A stretch of 64,000 bases of DNA from a virus (lineage: Duplodnaviria > Caudoviricetes). Below the pieces are notes generated by a model. That model saw only the letters and a list, made by a program, of their open reading frames with translations, was not told where the DNA came from and ran no database searches. The stretch is taken from the IMG/VR virus record IMGVR_UViG_2934563053_000002, positions 1-64,000 of that record. One strand, 5' to 3'. The position numbers and the translations under genes were made by a program. The stretch's first letter is position 1. Every line of letters starts with the position of its first letter. Shown here in pieces: positions 19,220 through 27,658 of this stretch.

Positions 19220-19608
19220 CCGCCCCGTACCGCGTACTCGTCACCGGCAGCCGCGACTGGCCCGCCTCCGCCGTGGTGTGGGCTGCGCTCAACAACGTCC
19301 GCGACGAAGCACTCATCACCGACCGGCCACTCGTCGTGGTCCACGGCGCCTGCCCGACCGGCGCCGACGCCCAAGCCCGCGACTGGTGCCTCACCGCCAC
19401 CAGCTTCGTCAACGGCGTCACCGAGGAACAACACCCCGCCAACTGGCAGATCAACGGGCGCCGGGCCGGGTTCATCCGCAACGCCCACATGGTCTACCTC
19501 GGCGCCGACCTCTGCCTCGCCTTCATCCGCAACGGCAGCCGCGGCGCCACCCACACCGCCGACCTCGCCGAGCAGGCCGGTATCCCCGTTAGGTGCTGGA
19601 CCACATGA
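19216..19608 (+). CDS. SLOG-family (DUF2493/YspA-like) protein
   Basis: RVLVTGSRDW, VVHGACPTGAD, AGFIRN..MV, SRGATHT. Confidence 0.88.
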   Translation: MTAPYRVLVTGSRDWPASAVVWAALNNVRDEALITDRPLVVVHGACPTGADAQARDWCLTATSFVNGVTEEQHPANWQINGRRAGFIRNAHMVYLGADLCLAFIRNGSRGATHTADLAEQAGIPVRCWTT

Positions 19609-19817
19609 CCACCGCCTACGACCGGCTCCTCGCCGAGGAGATACCCGTCCGCCCCGCACCCCCGCCGCACACACCCCAGCACACCCACCACCCCAGCGCC
19701 TGGACACCCGAGCAGCAGGCCCAGCACCGCGCCGACCTCCTCGCCGCACTCGACGCACACCACGCCCACCACCGCGGCCGACACCTCGCAGCCGTACCCG
19801 AACAGGACGCCGCCTAA
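19605..19817 (+). CDS. Hypothetical protein
   Basis: Coupled ORF. Confidence 0.5.
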   Translation: MTTAYDRLLAEEIPVRPAPPPHTPQHTHHPSAWTPEQQAQHRADLLAALDAHHAHHRGRHLAAVPEQDAA

Positions 19818-20170
19818 TGGCCCGCAGCCCCGCAAACCAGCCCGCACTCGGCGACCGCCACCACCCCATCCCCACCACACCCGACACCGTCCCAGCCGGC
19901 TGCTGGTGGTTCACCGACCCCGACGGCGCCCTATCCCTCCTCCCCGGATGCATGGCCCGCATCCAAGACCCAGAAGCCGAATGCACATGCGACACCCTCG
20001 GCGCCCGCCTGGAACGCACCCAACGGAAGCTCAGAGAAGAGCGAGCCGAACGGCAGTACGCCGAGGCCTGGTACCAGGCCCTGCACGCCGCCCTCGACGC
20101 CCACCCCGCCGGACCAGAAATCCGAGCCGACGCGCGCAGCAGACGAGATGCAACCCCCGCCCGACCGTAG
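19817..20170 (+). CDS. Hypothetical protein
   Basis: TAATG coupling; LPGC...CTC. Confidence 0.55.
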   Translation: MARSPANQPALGDRHHPIPTTPDTVPAGCWWFTDPDGALSLLPGCMARIQDPEAECTCDTLGARLERTQRKLREERAERQYAEAWYQALHAALDAHPAGPEIRADARSRRDATPARP

Positions 20171-20201
20171 ATCTCCGACAACCCCAGGCAGCGAGGACAC
20201 C

Positions 20202-20924
20202 ATGCCAAACCCCTGCCCCACCCCGGACAAGGTCCGCTACGCCACCCGAGCCGGCGCCGAGCAAGGCGCCCACCGCGCCCGGCTCCACTTCGACGACACC
20301 GTCTACCCGTATGCGTGCTCGTGCACGTGGTGGCACCTGTCCAAGAACCAGCCCGAGTCCACCCCGAGCCCGGAGGACGCGAGCCGTGCCGCCATCGAGC
20401 GGGTAGCCGCTCTCCCCAGCATCGCCTTCCGGGAGATCGTCGCCAACGACGCAGCCGGGAAGGGAGACCGTGATGAGCGTGGGGCACTGCGCGCTCCGGT
20501 GAACTTGACCCGTTGGCGTCGGGCGCTTGGCGAACTGCTGCACGACGTGCAAGAGCAACTGACGTCGAGCCGCTGGAACAAGACGTTGGCCGCGCAGGAC
20601 TGGCGGAAGCGGGCGACCGGCTACCAGGAGCAGCTGCTGCGACGGCAGGTGGAGTGCAAGCAGCTGCGGGCGGATGCGCACGCGGTGGGTGTGTCGAGCC
20701 GTGTGGCGTCGCGGCGGCGTGTGGTGGATGCGGCTCGGTTGTCGGGCGCTCCGGTGAAGGAGTTGCGGCGGCTGGCTGGCGAGATGGCGGTGGATCGGCT
20801 GATCGAGGCTCATCGGGGCGAGTTCGATGGACTGCTGGCTGAGGAGTACGCCGCGGTGGATCTGCCGCTGCCGGAGGGCGTCATGCAGCGGATGACGGAG
20901 GCGGAAGTGGGAGCGGCGTCGTGA
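20202..20924 (+). CDS. Hypothetical protein with N-terminal Zn finger
   Basis: CPTPDKVRY...YACSC.WWHL; GAGG RBS. Confidence 0.65.
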   Translation: MPNPCPTPDKVRYATRAGAEQGAHRARLHFDDTVYPYACSCTWWHLSKNQPESTPSPEDASRAAIERVAALPSIAFREIVANDAAGKGDRDERGALRAPVNLTRWRRALGELLHDVQEQLTSSRWNKTLAAQDWRKRATGYQEQLLRRQVECKQLRADAHAVGVSSRVASRRRVVDAARLSGAPVKELRRLAGEMAVDRLIEAHRGEFDGLLAEEYAAVDLPLPEGVMQRMTEAEVGAAS

Positions 20925-21373
20925 GCCTGCGCCTCGTGCCGGTCCGCTTCCGCCAGGCCCAAGCGTTCTGTGCGATGTGGCACCGGCACCATCCGGCGCC
21001 CCGCGGCATGGTCTTTGCCGTCGGTGTCGCCGATCAGCACGGTGTGCTTCGCGGTGTCGTTGTCGTCGGCCGGCCCGTCGCCCGGCACCTGGACAACGGG
21101 CAGACGCTGGAGGTCACCCGCACCGTCACGGACGGCACGGTCAATGCCAACTCGATGCTGTACGGCGCGGCGACAAGGGCGGCATGGGCGCTGGGCTACA
21201 CCCGGTTGATCACGTACACGCAGGCGGGAGAGAACGGTGCGAGCCTGCGCGCGGCCGGGTGGCGCGTGCTCGCTAAGCGGCCTGCCACCCCGGGCTGGGA
21301 CCGGCCGTCCCGCCCGCGTGAGCCCCGCGGTACGGAGCACATGCCGCGAACGCTGTGGGAGGCCGCCTCATGA
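20921..21373 (+). CDS. XF1762-family GNAT/Mom-like protein
   Basis: HRHH, GRPVARHLDNG.TLEVTR, NSMLYGAA, LGYTRLITYT...E.GASLRAAGW. Confidence 0.8.
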   Translation: MSLRLVPVRFRQAQAFCAMWHRHHPAPRGMVFAVGVADQHGVLRGVVVVGRPVARHLDNGQTLEVTRTVTDGTVNANSMLYGAATRAAWALGYTRLITYTQAGENGASLRAAGWRVLAKRPATPGWDRPSRPREPRGTEHMPRTLWEAAS

Positions 21374-21642
21374 CGTCCCGCCGCTGTGCCGGTTGCGGGC
21401 GCGCGTTGCGGGATCCGGTGTCGGTCTCGGCCGGTATGGGTCCGGTGTGTCGGCGTGCGGTCCGCGGGCCGGAGCCGCTGCGGATGCATGAAGGGGTGGT
21501 TCCTGCGGTGTCCGGCCAGCTCGAACTACCGGGCTGCGGTGAACTGCCAGCCACCTCCCCGCTCAACCACCGTCGTGTCCGCCGCCGCGGGCCGACCGTC
21601 GACCTGCCCGACATCGCCAACTACCCCGGAGGACTCTCATGA
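21370..21642 (+). CDS. DUF6011-like Zn-finger protein
   Basis: CAGCGRALRDPVSVSAGMGPVC. Confidence 0.75.
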   Translation: MTSRRCAGCGRALRDPVSVSAGMGPVCRRAVRGPEPLRMHEGVVPAVSGQLELPGCGELPATSPLNHRRVRRRGPTVDLPDIANYPGGLS

Positions 21643-21920
21643 CCGCCGTCCCAACGGAGCCGTTCCTGTCCGTTGCCGTGCGCTGCTTCGTCGTCGGTGC
21701 TGTCGGCACTGCGGTGGTGAACGCGGTGTGGTGGCTGATGGCCGGTGGGCCGATGCCGCCGTGGGCGTCGCTCGTCACGTCGATGGTGGTGATGGCTGCT
21801 GTTGGTCGGGTGGCTGCGTATCGGCGTGAGCGTGCGTGGCGGCGGGTGATCGCCGCCTATGACTTGCCGTCGTTCGGTGCGGATTGCGGGGACACGCCCG
21901 GTCGTCCGCCTGCTGTCTGA
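21639..21920 (+). CDS. Two-TM membrane protein
   Basis: Two hydrophobic stretches; GGAGG RBS. Confidence 0.55.
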   Translation: MTAVPTEPFLSVAVRCFVVGAVGTAVVNAVWWLMAGGPMPPWASLVTSMVVMAAVGRVAAYRRERAWRRVIAAYDLPSFGADCGDTPGRPPAV

Positions 21921-21975
21921 TCCCTTTCGTTTGCCCGGTCGCCGTGCGCGGCCGGGCCCACCCCCGGAGAACCTG

Positions 21976-22665
21976 ATGACCGAGCCCAACAGTGCTGCGC
22001 TCCTCGCTAGTAGCTGCGATGCCTGCCAGCACACTCTCAACTGGCACCGCAACGACGTCGGCTGCACCGTCCCTCGCTGCGCTTGTGGACGCTTCCAGCC
22101 CAGCATCCCCGAGACGCCTGCTGTGCGCCCGCGGGACGGCCGTACAGGCGCTCCGGCGTCTCCGTGCCCGCCGGACGCCCCGAGCGGGCCGCAGACGGGC
22201 GCACAGGACCGCGAGGCCCCAACTCATCCCGCCCGCCTCCGCGCTGTGGTGCTGTCCGCTCTCGCCGGCTGCGGTGTGCAGGTGCCCGCCGCGCGTGCGC
22301 AGGCCGCTGCGGAGACCGTGCTCGTGCACCTGGCCGACGCGCAGCAGCCCGGCGGCGGCGCAGTCCGCGTCACCACCGGCAGCAGCGAACGCCGCGACCG
22401 GTACGCGGCAGCAGTCCGCCGCCTCCACGAGACCGGCGGCCTCTACGCCCTCGACGCAGGCGAGGACACCCGCATCGCCGACGCCGTGACGCCCGTGGCC
22501 GACGCCGAGCAGCACGCGGTGTACCGGCTGCTCGCCGAGTCCCGCACCCGCGAAACCCGCCTGCGGGACGCACTCCAGCGCATCGACTCCAACATCGCGA
22601 ACGGCGGGGCATCCGACGGTCTCCTGATCCGCTCCATCCGAGACATCACAAGGAGTGCACTGTGA
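21976..22665 (+). CDS. Hypothetical protein
   Basis: N-terminal CDAC.H...C...C.C. Confidence 0.5.
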   Translation: MTEPNSAALLASSCDACQHTLNWHRNDVGCTVPRCACGRFQPSIPETPAVRPRDGRTGAPASPCPPDAPSGPQTGAQDREAPTHPARLRAVVLSALAGCGVQVPAARAQAAAETVLVHLADAQQPGGGAVRVTTGSSERRDRYAAAVRRLHETGGLYALDAGEDTRIADAVTPVADAEQHAVYRLLAESRTRETRLRDALQRIDSNIANGGASDGLLIRSIRDITRSAL

Positions 22666-23063
22666 CCACCGACGAACGACGCAAGCGGTTCCGCACGGCG
22701 GTGTACCAGGCCATCGAGCGAGGAGACGACCCCGCCGACGCCGCCAAGGCCGTATCCGACCAGGCGCAGCACGAGACGGTGACACGCCTCCGCGACGAGC
22801 GTGACCGGGCCATCCGCATCGCCGTGGCCCTGGAGAACCAGCTCGCCGCCGTGCAGGAGTACGCGCGGCACAGCGACGACACCGCACCCCGCACCCGCGA
22901 AACCATCCTCCGCCTCACCGACGGCTACCAGCCCGACGCCAGCGCCCCACAGCACCTCGCCCGCGGCAGCAACGCCGAGAAGTGCCCCGCATGCGTGAGC
23001 ACCAGACGGTCGTATGTGCCCCTCCTCCTCTGCCCCGGACCCGACGACGGAGCCGCATCGTGA
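22662..23063 (+). CDS. Hypothetical protein
   Basis: AAGGAG RBS, GTGA coupling. Confidence 0.55.
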   Translation: MTTDERRKRFRTAVYQAIERGDDPADAAKAVSDQAQHETVTRLRDERDRAIRIAVALENQLAAVQEYARHSDDTAPRTRETILRLTDGYQPDASAPQHLARGSNAEKCPACVSTRRSYVPLLLCPGPDDGAAS

Positions 23064-23509
23064 CCGTGTCCCGGGAACTAAGCGAAACCGAACTGGCAGT
23101 CCTCCGCAGAACCGCGGACGGCGACACCTACAGCGAGATCGGCCACCACATCAACCTCACCACCAAGAGCGTGGCGAACGTAGCCACCCGCGTCATGCGC
23201 AAACTCGGCGCGGTCAGCATGCCCCACGCCGTCTACCTCGCCACCCGCACCGGACTCCTCGACGCCCCCCTCGACAACCCCCTGACCGCCCGGCAGCTCG
23301 AAGCGCTCCTTTGGACCGCCCTCGGCTACACCGCGCAACACGCCGCCGACCACATGGGCGTGTCCCTCGACACCGTCCGCTGGCTCCTCCGCACAACCCA
23401 CCACCGGCTCGGCGCCCGCACCGCCACCCACGCCGTCGCCCTCGCCATGGCCGCCGGCCTCATCACCCCAGCCCACATCACCACCCGGCGACAGGAACAC
23501 GCCGCATGA
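23060..23509 (+). CDS. Tandem LuxR-HTH regulator (two HTH domains, no sensor domain)
   Basis: LSETELAVLRR.ADG.TY.EIG...KLG and LTARQLEAL...ALG.T....A..MGVS.DTVR. Confidence 0.8.
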   Translation: MTVSRELSETELAVLRRTADGDTYSEIGHHINLTTKSVANVATRVMRKLGAVSMPHAVYLATRTGLLDAPLDNPLTARQLEALLWTALGYTAQHAADHMGVSLDTVRWLLRTTHHRLGARTATHAVALAMAAGLITPAHITTRRQEHAA

Positions 23510-24606
23510 CCAGCACCCCGCTCGCCCAGACCCGGGTTGAGCCCAGCCGGGCTCTCATCCGCGCGCTGCAACACCAGATCGAGCAGCTCGCCGACAGCAT
23601 CTCCGGCAAAAACGCCCACCGCACCGCAGCCGGCTGGGTGTACATGACCTGCGTCCACGCCTGGGCCGCCGACCACCACCTCATCGACGGCCGCCTCCAC
23701 CGCGACGCGCAGCCCGCGCGGCAGCAGTTCCTCACCCAAGGCGGCACCAACCTCGCCTGGCTCACCTACGCCGTCGCCGACACCGCCGTCCACCCCTGCG
23801 CCTGGACACTCCTCGACCCCGCCTACGACAACCCCGTCCGCCACGCCTCACCCAGCGACACCGCCGCCAGCCGCCTACTCGACTGGTGGGCCGAGGACGC
23901 CCCCGCCCTCGCCTACCCCGTCGACACTGGGCCCGGCACGATCACCGGCTGGATCCTCGGCGACCTCCTCCAACTCGTCACCGACGAACGCCGTCTCGCC
24001 CACGCCCTCGCCCAATCCCCCTGGTGGCTCGCCGACGGCATCCTCGACCGCACCCTCATCCCCGCCGCCCGCGACTTCCGCGACGAGACGCTCCGCCTGA
24101 TAGACCCCACCTGCGGCACCGGCCACTTCCTCATACGCGCCATCGACATGCTCTGGGAGCTGCACACCACCGGCAGTCTCGCCCCGCGGCAGATGCGCAT
24201 GGACGGCGTCACCAGCTGGACCCCCATACCCCCCGCCGAGGCGGCCCGCCGCATCCTCGCCGGCGTCGACGGCATCGAACTCGACCCCATCACGGAGGCG
24301 GTGTGTCGCCTGCGCGTCACCGTCTACCTCGCGCACCTGCTGCACGAGGCCGGCGCCCTGCCCGGACCGCTGCGCCTGGACGCGATACCGCACCGGCTGA
24401 TGCCCCGGATCAGCGTCGGCGACAGCCTCCTCGCGGGGAAGGTGTCCCGTGCCGAGTACGCCCGGCTGCGCCCTGCCCAAGCCCGCATCGTCAACCTCGG
24501 CACCGACGCACCCGCAGATGGCGAGGCTCCGGACGGGGAGACGGCCCCGATCCCCGTCGTGCTCCCCCAGGGCACCGAGCGCGAACAACTCGCGCTCTTC
24601 TCCTGA
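23506..24606 (+). CDS. N6-adenine methyltransferase-like protein resembling the N-terminal half of BREX-2 PglX; no NPPY motif
   Basis: LGDLLQ...HALAQSPWWLADGILDRTL.PA...LIDPTCGTGHFL, GIELDP, ISVGDSL; stops without motif IV. Confidence 0.75.
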   Translation: MTSTPLAQTRVEPSRALIRALQHQIEQLADSISGKNAHRTAAGWVYMTCVHAWAADHHLIDGRLHRDAQPARQQFLTQGGTNLAWLTYAVADTAVHPCAWTLLDPAYDNPVRHASPSDTAASRLLDWWAEDAPALAYPVDTGPGTITGWILGDLLQLVTDERRLAHALAQSPWWLADGILDRTLIPAARDFRDETLRLIDPTCGTGHFLIRAIDMLWELHTTGSLAPRQMRMDGVTSWTPIPPAEAARRILAGVDGIELDPITEAVCRLRVTVYLAHLLHEAGALPGPLRLDAIPHRLMPRISVGDSLLAGKVSRAEYARLRPAQARIVNLGTDAPADGEAPDGETAPIPVVLPQGTEREQLALFS

Positions 24607-24614
24607 CCCCCTCC

Positions 24615-24689
24615 GCCCGAGTCGCGCAACCGGAAGACGCACCCGCCTTAAAAGCGGACCCAGTGCCGGTTCGAATCCGGCCTCGGGCA
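24615..24689 (+). tRNA. tRNA-Leu(UAA), short variable arm, no encoded CCA
   Basis: Acceptor GCCCGAG/CTCGGGC with A73; D arm GCG-CAACCGGAAGA-CGC; anticodon loop CT-TAA-AA; T arm GCCGG-TTCGAAT-CCGGC. Confidence 0.85.
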
Positions 24690-24717
24690 CAACCCACACG
24701 ACGCTGAAGGGAACCCG

Positions 24718-25317
24718 ATGAACAACCCCGGCCCGAGCCCCGACTGCGGCGAGGGATGGGCCTTCGCCCGACGAGTACTCACCGACCCCGCCCGGCAGCG
24801 CGAGACGCTCGCCAGCCTCGACCGGGCTCTCGACGGCATCACGCCGACCCCTGTCCCCGACACCTTCCGCGCCCGCCAAGGAGCAGCCATGACCGACCCC
24901 ACCGTGACCGACCTGCTGCGCGAGCTGTACGAGTACGCGGGGCACGGCTACCACTGCGACAACGTGGCCCCCGAGACAGCCCAGACCTACGAGGAATGGC
25001 TGTCCGACACGGCCCACGACCGGCCCGCCGTAGCCGCCGCCAAACAGGCAGCGCGCGCCCAGCAGCCCCCGCCACCCGGTTCGACCCGCGAGCAGCTCCC
25101 CGACCACCTCCTCGCACTCATCGACGTGCCGCCGTACACCAGCACCGCATGTGAGACGGCCCACGAGTGCGAGCGCGTAGTCGACGTCCACACCGAGCAC
25201 GCCGAGGAACTCCGGACAGCGGCGGCCGGCCAGCTTCACGACCGGTGCCGCCGTAACAACAAGTTCACCGGCGTCACCTGCGGCTGCGCCTGCCACCAGG
25301 CGAAGGAGCAGCCGTGA
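24718..25317 (+). CDS. Hypothetical protein
   Basis: YTSTACET...H..CR.NNKFTG..C.C.CH. Confidence 0.55.
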   Translation: MNNPGPSPDCGEGWAFARRVLTDPARQRETLASLDRALDGITPTPVPDTFRARQGAAMTDPTVTDLLRELYEYAGHGYHCDNVAPETAQTYEEWLSDTAHDRPAVAAAKQAARAQQPPPPGSTREQLPDHLLALIDVPPYTSTACETAHECERVVDVHTEHAEELRTAAAGQLHDRCRRNNKFTGVTCGCACHQAKEQP

Positions 25318-25457
25318 CCCGCGTCTACCGGTGGCTGACCACCCCAGTCGCCGTGCCCCGCTGGGTACGCATCGGGGTCCTCACCGCATCCGCCTTGCAA
25401 TGCGCCGCCTGGCTACTCCAAGGGGCGACCTGGGCCCTCGCCCACCTCACCCGCTGA
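25314..25457 (+). CDS. 47-aa hydrophobic peptide
   Basis: AAGGAG RBS, GTGA coupling, one TM segment. Confidence 0.45.
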   Translation: MTRVYRWLTTPVAVPRWVRIGVLTASALQCAAWLLQGATWALAHLTR

Positions 25458-25749
25458 CCCCCTGCCCGGCCGTTGGGGTCGGCCGGGCAGGGGGTCACGG
25501 TTCAATAACGGAAGATTTGGCCGTGAGCGCGTGAAAGCGTAGGCAGCCCGTACTCAGAGCGTAGCCACAACACGCAACAGACCTCAGTTGGCCGAAGCCC
25601 TGACGCAGACCACCACGTCGAGCCCGCAGGCGAGCGATATGCTGCTCCTGCTTGATCTCCCTCGCACCAACTTGCCGCCCAGCGCTGTAAGTCGGCGGCG
25701 GCGAGCCCCCGGCCAACCACCGGGAGGTTCACCGAGGGAGGGAGAGCAC

Positions 25750-25881
25750 ATGGACGATGAAGAAATGGGCATGCCGCCGGAGCCGCCGTGGAGCAGCTTC
25801 GAGCGGTGGTCGATCATCCTCGCGATGTTAGGCGTGCTCATGGCAACCATCTCCGTGGTGGCGCAGTTCGCGATGCGGTAA
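25750..25881 (+). CDS. 43-aa single-TM peptide with an in-frame TTA codon
   Basis: GAGGGAG RBS; MDDEEMG...WSIILAMLGVLMATISVVAQF; TTA at 25828. Confidence 0.55.
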   Translation: MDDEEMGMPPEPPWSSFERWSIILAMLGVLMATISVVAQFAMR

Positions 25882-25968
25882 CCCACCGCACGCCCGGGAG
25901 CGACCGACAGCCGCTGCACACGCAGCGAGCCCGGTCTCTTGATAGGCGACCGGGCCCGTGAACTGCAA

Positions 25969-26005
25969 GAAGGGCCTGTCCTGGTGCCCGCCAGGCGGGC
26001 CCTTC
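25969..26005. terminator. Hairpin between convergent units
   Basis: GAAGGGCCTGTCCTGG...CCAGGCGGGCCCTTC. Confidence 0.55.
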
Positions 26006-26151
26006 GCCATGCCCAGCGTTCAAGGACTGTGCTACCCGTACTTGCTCGCGAGCATGTACCCAGACCATAGCACGGGCATTTGTGGGAATCATGAAAACAG
26101 TAAGCGAAAGCCGCAGGTCAGAACCACCGAACATCCCACCGGCTGGGCCGC

Positions 26152-27528
26152 TCAAGCTGGCAGGTTCCCGGCGAGGTACTCCATCGCGCGCTCATCCAGC
26201 TCTGCCGCACACCGCAACCCCCGAGCCCGGAACCGGCCCAAATCCCGCCGCATACCCCGCACCGCCTTCACCGTCCGCGCCGACCGCACACCCTCCATGT
26301 GATCCAGGGCCTGATGCCACGTCGCGCACGCCTGCTCGATCCCACCCCGCTTGAGCTGCATCTCCGCACTCGCCACCAGATCGAGCGCCACGATCCGCGC
26401 ATACGTCCCGGACGGCCGCGCGCCGGCCGCCCGGCCGTACTGCTCAGCCGCCGCCCGGTGATCGCCCAACGTCTCGTGGACCTTCGCCGCCCGCGAATAC
26501 ACCGACGCAGCCGGCGGCCCCCACGCCATACCCCAGAACGGCACCTCATCGCCAGGCGCGTCCTCCAGCATGCGACGCGCCCGCTCGGCCTCGACCAGTG
26601 CTGTGCGCCGCTGGCCGGACTTCGCCAGCGTGTGGGCGTGGACGATGCGGAACAGCGCCTCCGTCCGCGAGTCGACCCGCCCCTTGGCCCGGTTCAGTCC
26701 CGTCTCCGCCAGCCCAAGACAGTGCTCCGGCCGACGCAACTTCAGCCCCTGCATCGCCATCGTCCGCATCACGAACCCGTCATGCCCGACCAGCCCGGAC
26801 TCCTCGGCGAGCCTGAACGACTGAAGGTAGTACCGCTGCGCAACACCCTGCTGCCCGGCGTCATACGCCTTCCAGCCCAGCAGATGCACACCACGGGAAG
26901 CCGCAGACAGCATCTGCTGGCGCGCCTCCTCAGTGCGGAACCGGGCCCGGCACAACGGCGCCACATCGTCCCGCAGATACTGCACGAGCGCCGTCCGACC
27001 GTGCTGCCCACCATGCCGCTCGTCCATATCCGAGAACATGCCGATCATGTCGCGGACCGCGGCGACCTCGACCATGCCGACAACAGTGCCGGAGCGCGCC
27101 GCGACCGTGCGCTCCGCGGCGTCTCTCACGGAGGCCAGCGGGAGAGCAGCGGCGGCCACCGAGTAGGCGGACGATGCGAGGAGGCGGCGTCGGTCCACTT
27201 CGTTCCTCCACAGCGGTAGCAGCACATCGATCGGATCGGGCCCCAACGTGAGTCCGACGTCCTCATCCTCCTCCGGCCAGTCGAGGCCGATATCGGCCGG
27301 GGCCAGCAGCCGGCCCAGCAGCCGAGACAAGGCCACCGCCAAGTACCGGGCCGTCATAGCCGACGGGAGGGTCCCGGCGACCCAGTGCGCGATCGCTGAC
27401 TTGTTCGTCCGCAGATGGTCCCCGCACTCGGCAGCCACGGCGCGTACCGCGCGAGCCACCGCATCGTAGGGCAGACCGGACTCCTCAATGACGTCTCTGA
27501 GCTGGGTGTTCGGCTTCCGCGTGGTCAT
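26152..27528 (-). CDS. Streptomyces HTH-TPR (NsdA-like) transcriptional regulator
   Basis: KPNTQLR...NKSAIAHWVAG..P, DRRRLL, DERHGGQHGR, GWKAYDAG...AQRYY. Confidence 0.85.
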   Translation of the reverse strand: MTTRKPNTQLRDVIEESGLPYDAVARAVRAVAAECGDHLRTNKSAIAHWVAGTLPSAMTARYLAVALSRLLGRLLAPADIGLDWPEEDEDVGLTLGPDPIDVLLPLWRNEVDRRRLLASSAYSVAAAALPLASVRDAAERTVAARSGTVVGMVEVAAVRDMIGMFSDMDERHGGQHGRTALVQYLRDDVAPLCRARFRTEEARQQMLSAASRGVHLLGWKAYDAGQQGVAQRYYLQSFRLAEESGLVGHDGFVMRTMAMQGLKLRRPEHCLGLAETGLNRAKGRVDSRTEALFRIVHAHTLAKSGQRRTALVEAERARRMLEDAPGDEVPFWGMAWGPPAASVYSRAAKVHETLGDHRAAAEQYGRAAGARPSGTYARIVALDLVASAEMQLKRGGIEQACATWHQALDHMEGVRSARTVKAVRGMRRDLGRFRARGLRCAAELDERAMEYLAGNLPA

Positions 27529-27658
27529 GCAGCTCCTGCCGTTAAACCGGATAAACCACGTGCCCGCTCGTAACCGTACCCACGGACAGCCCACGGGAGT
27601 TCACTGTTCGTCAGGCCCCCGCACCAGCGGGTGGCGCAACCTCAGGGAGGGAACACCC

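Noticed and set aside
24615-24689. tRNA as the prophage attachment site
   Set aside because: Mid-operon, no adjacent integrase and no duplicated 3' end seen in the window
25495-25700. Possible ncRNA or riboswitch in an AT-richer gap
   Set aside because: No recognisable family structure; more simply a promoter region for the small peptide
26109-26122. CCGCAGGTCAG motif, also near 36411 and reversed near 1364
   Set aside because: Short GC-rich motif with few copies; cannot be distinguished from background by eye
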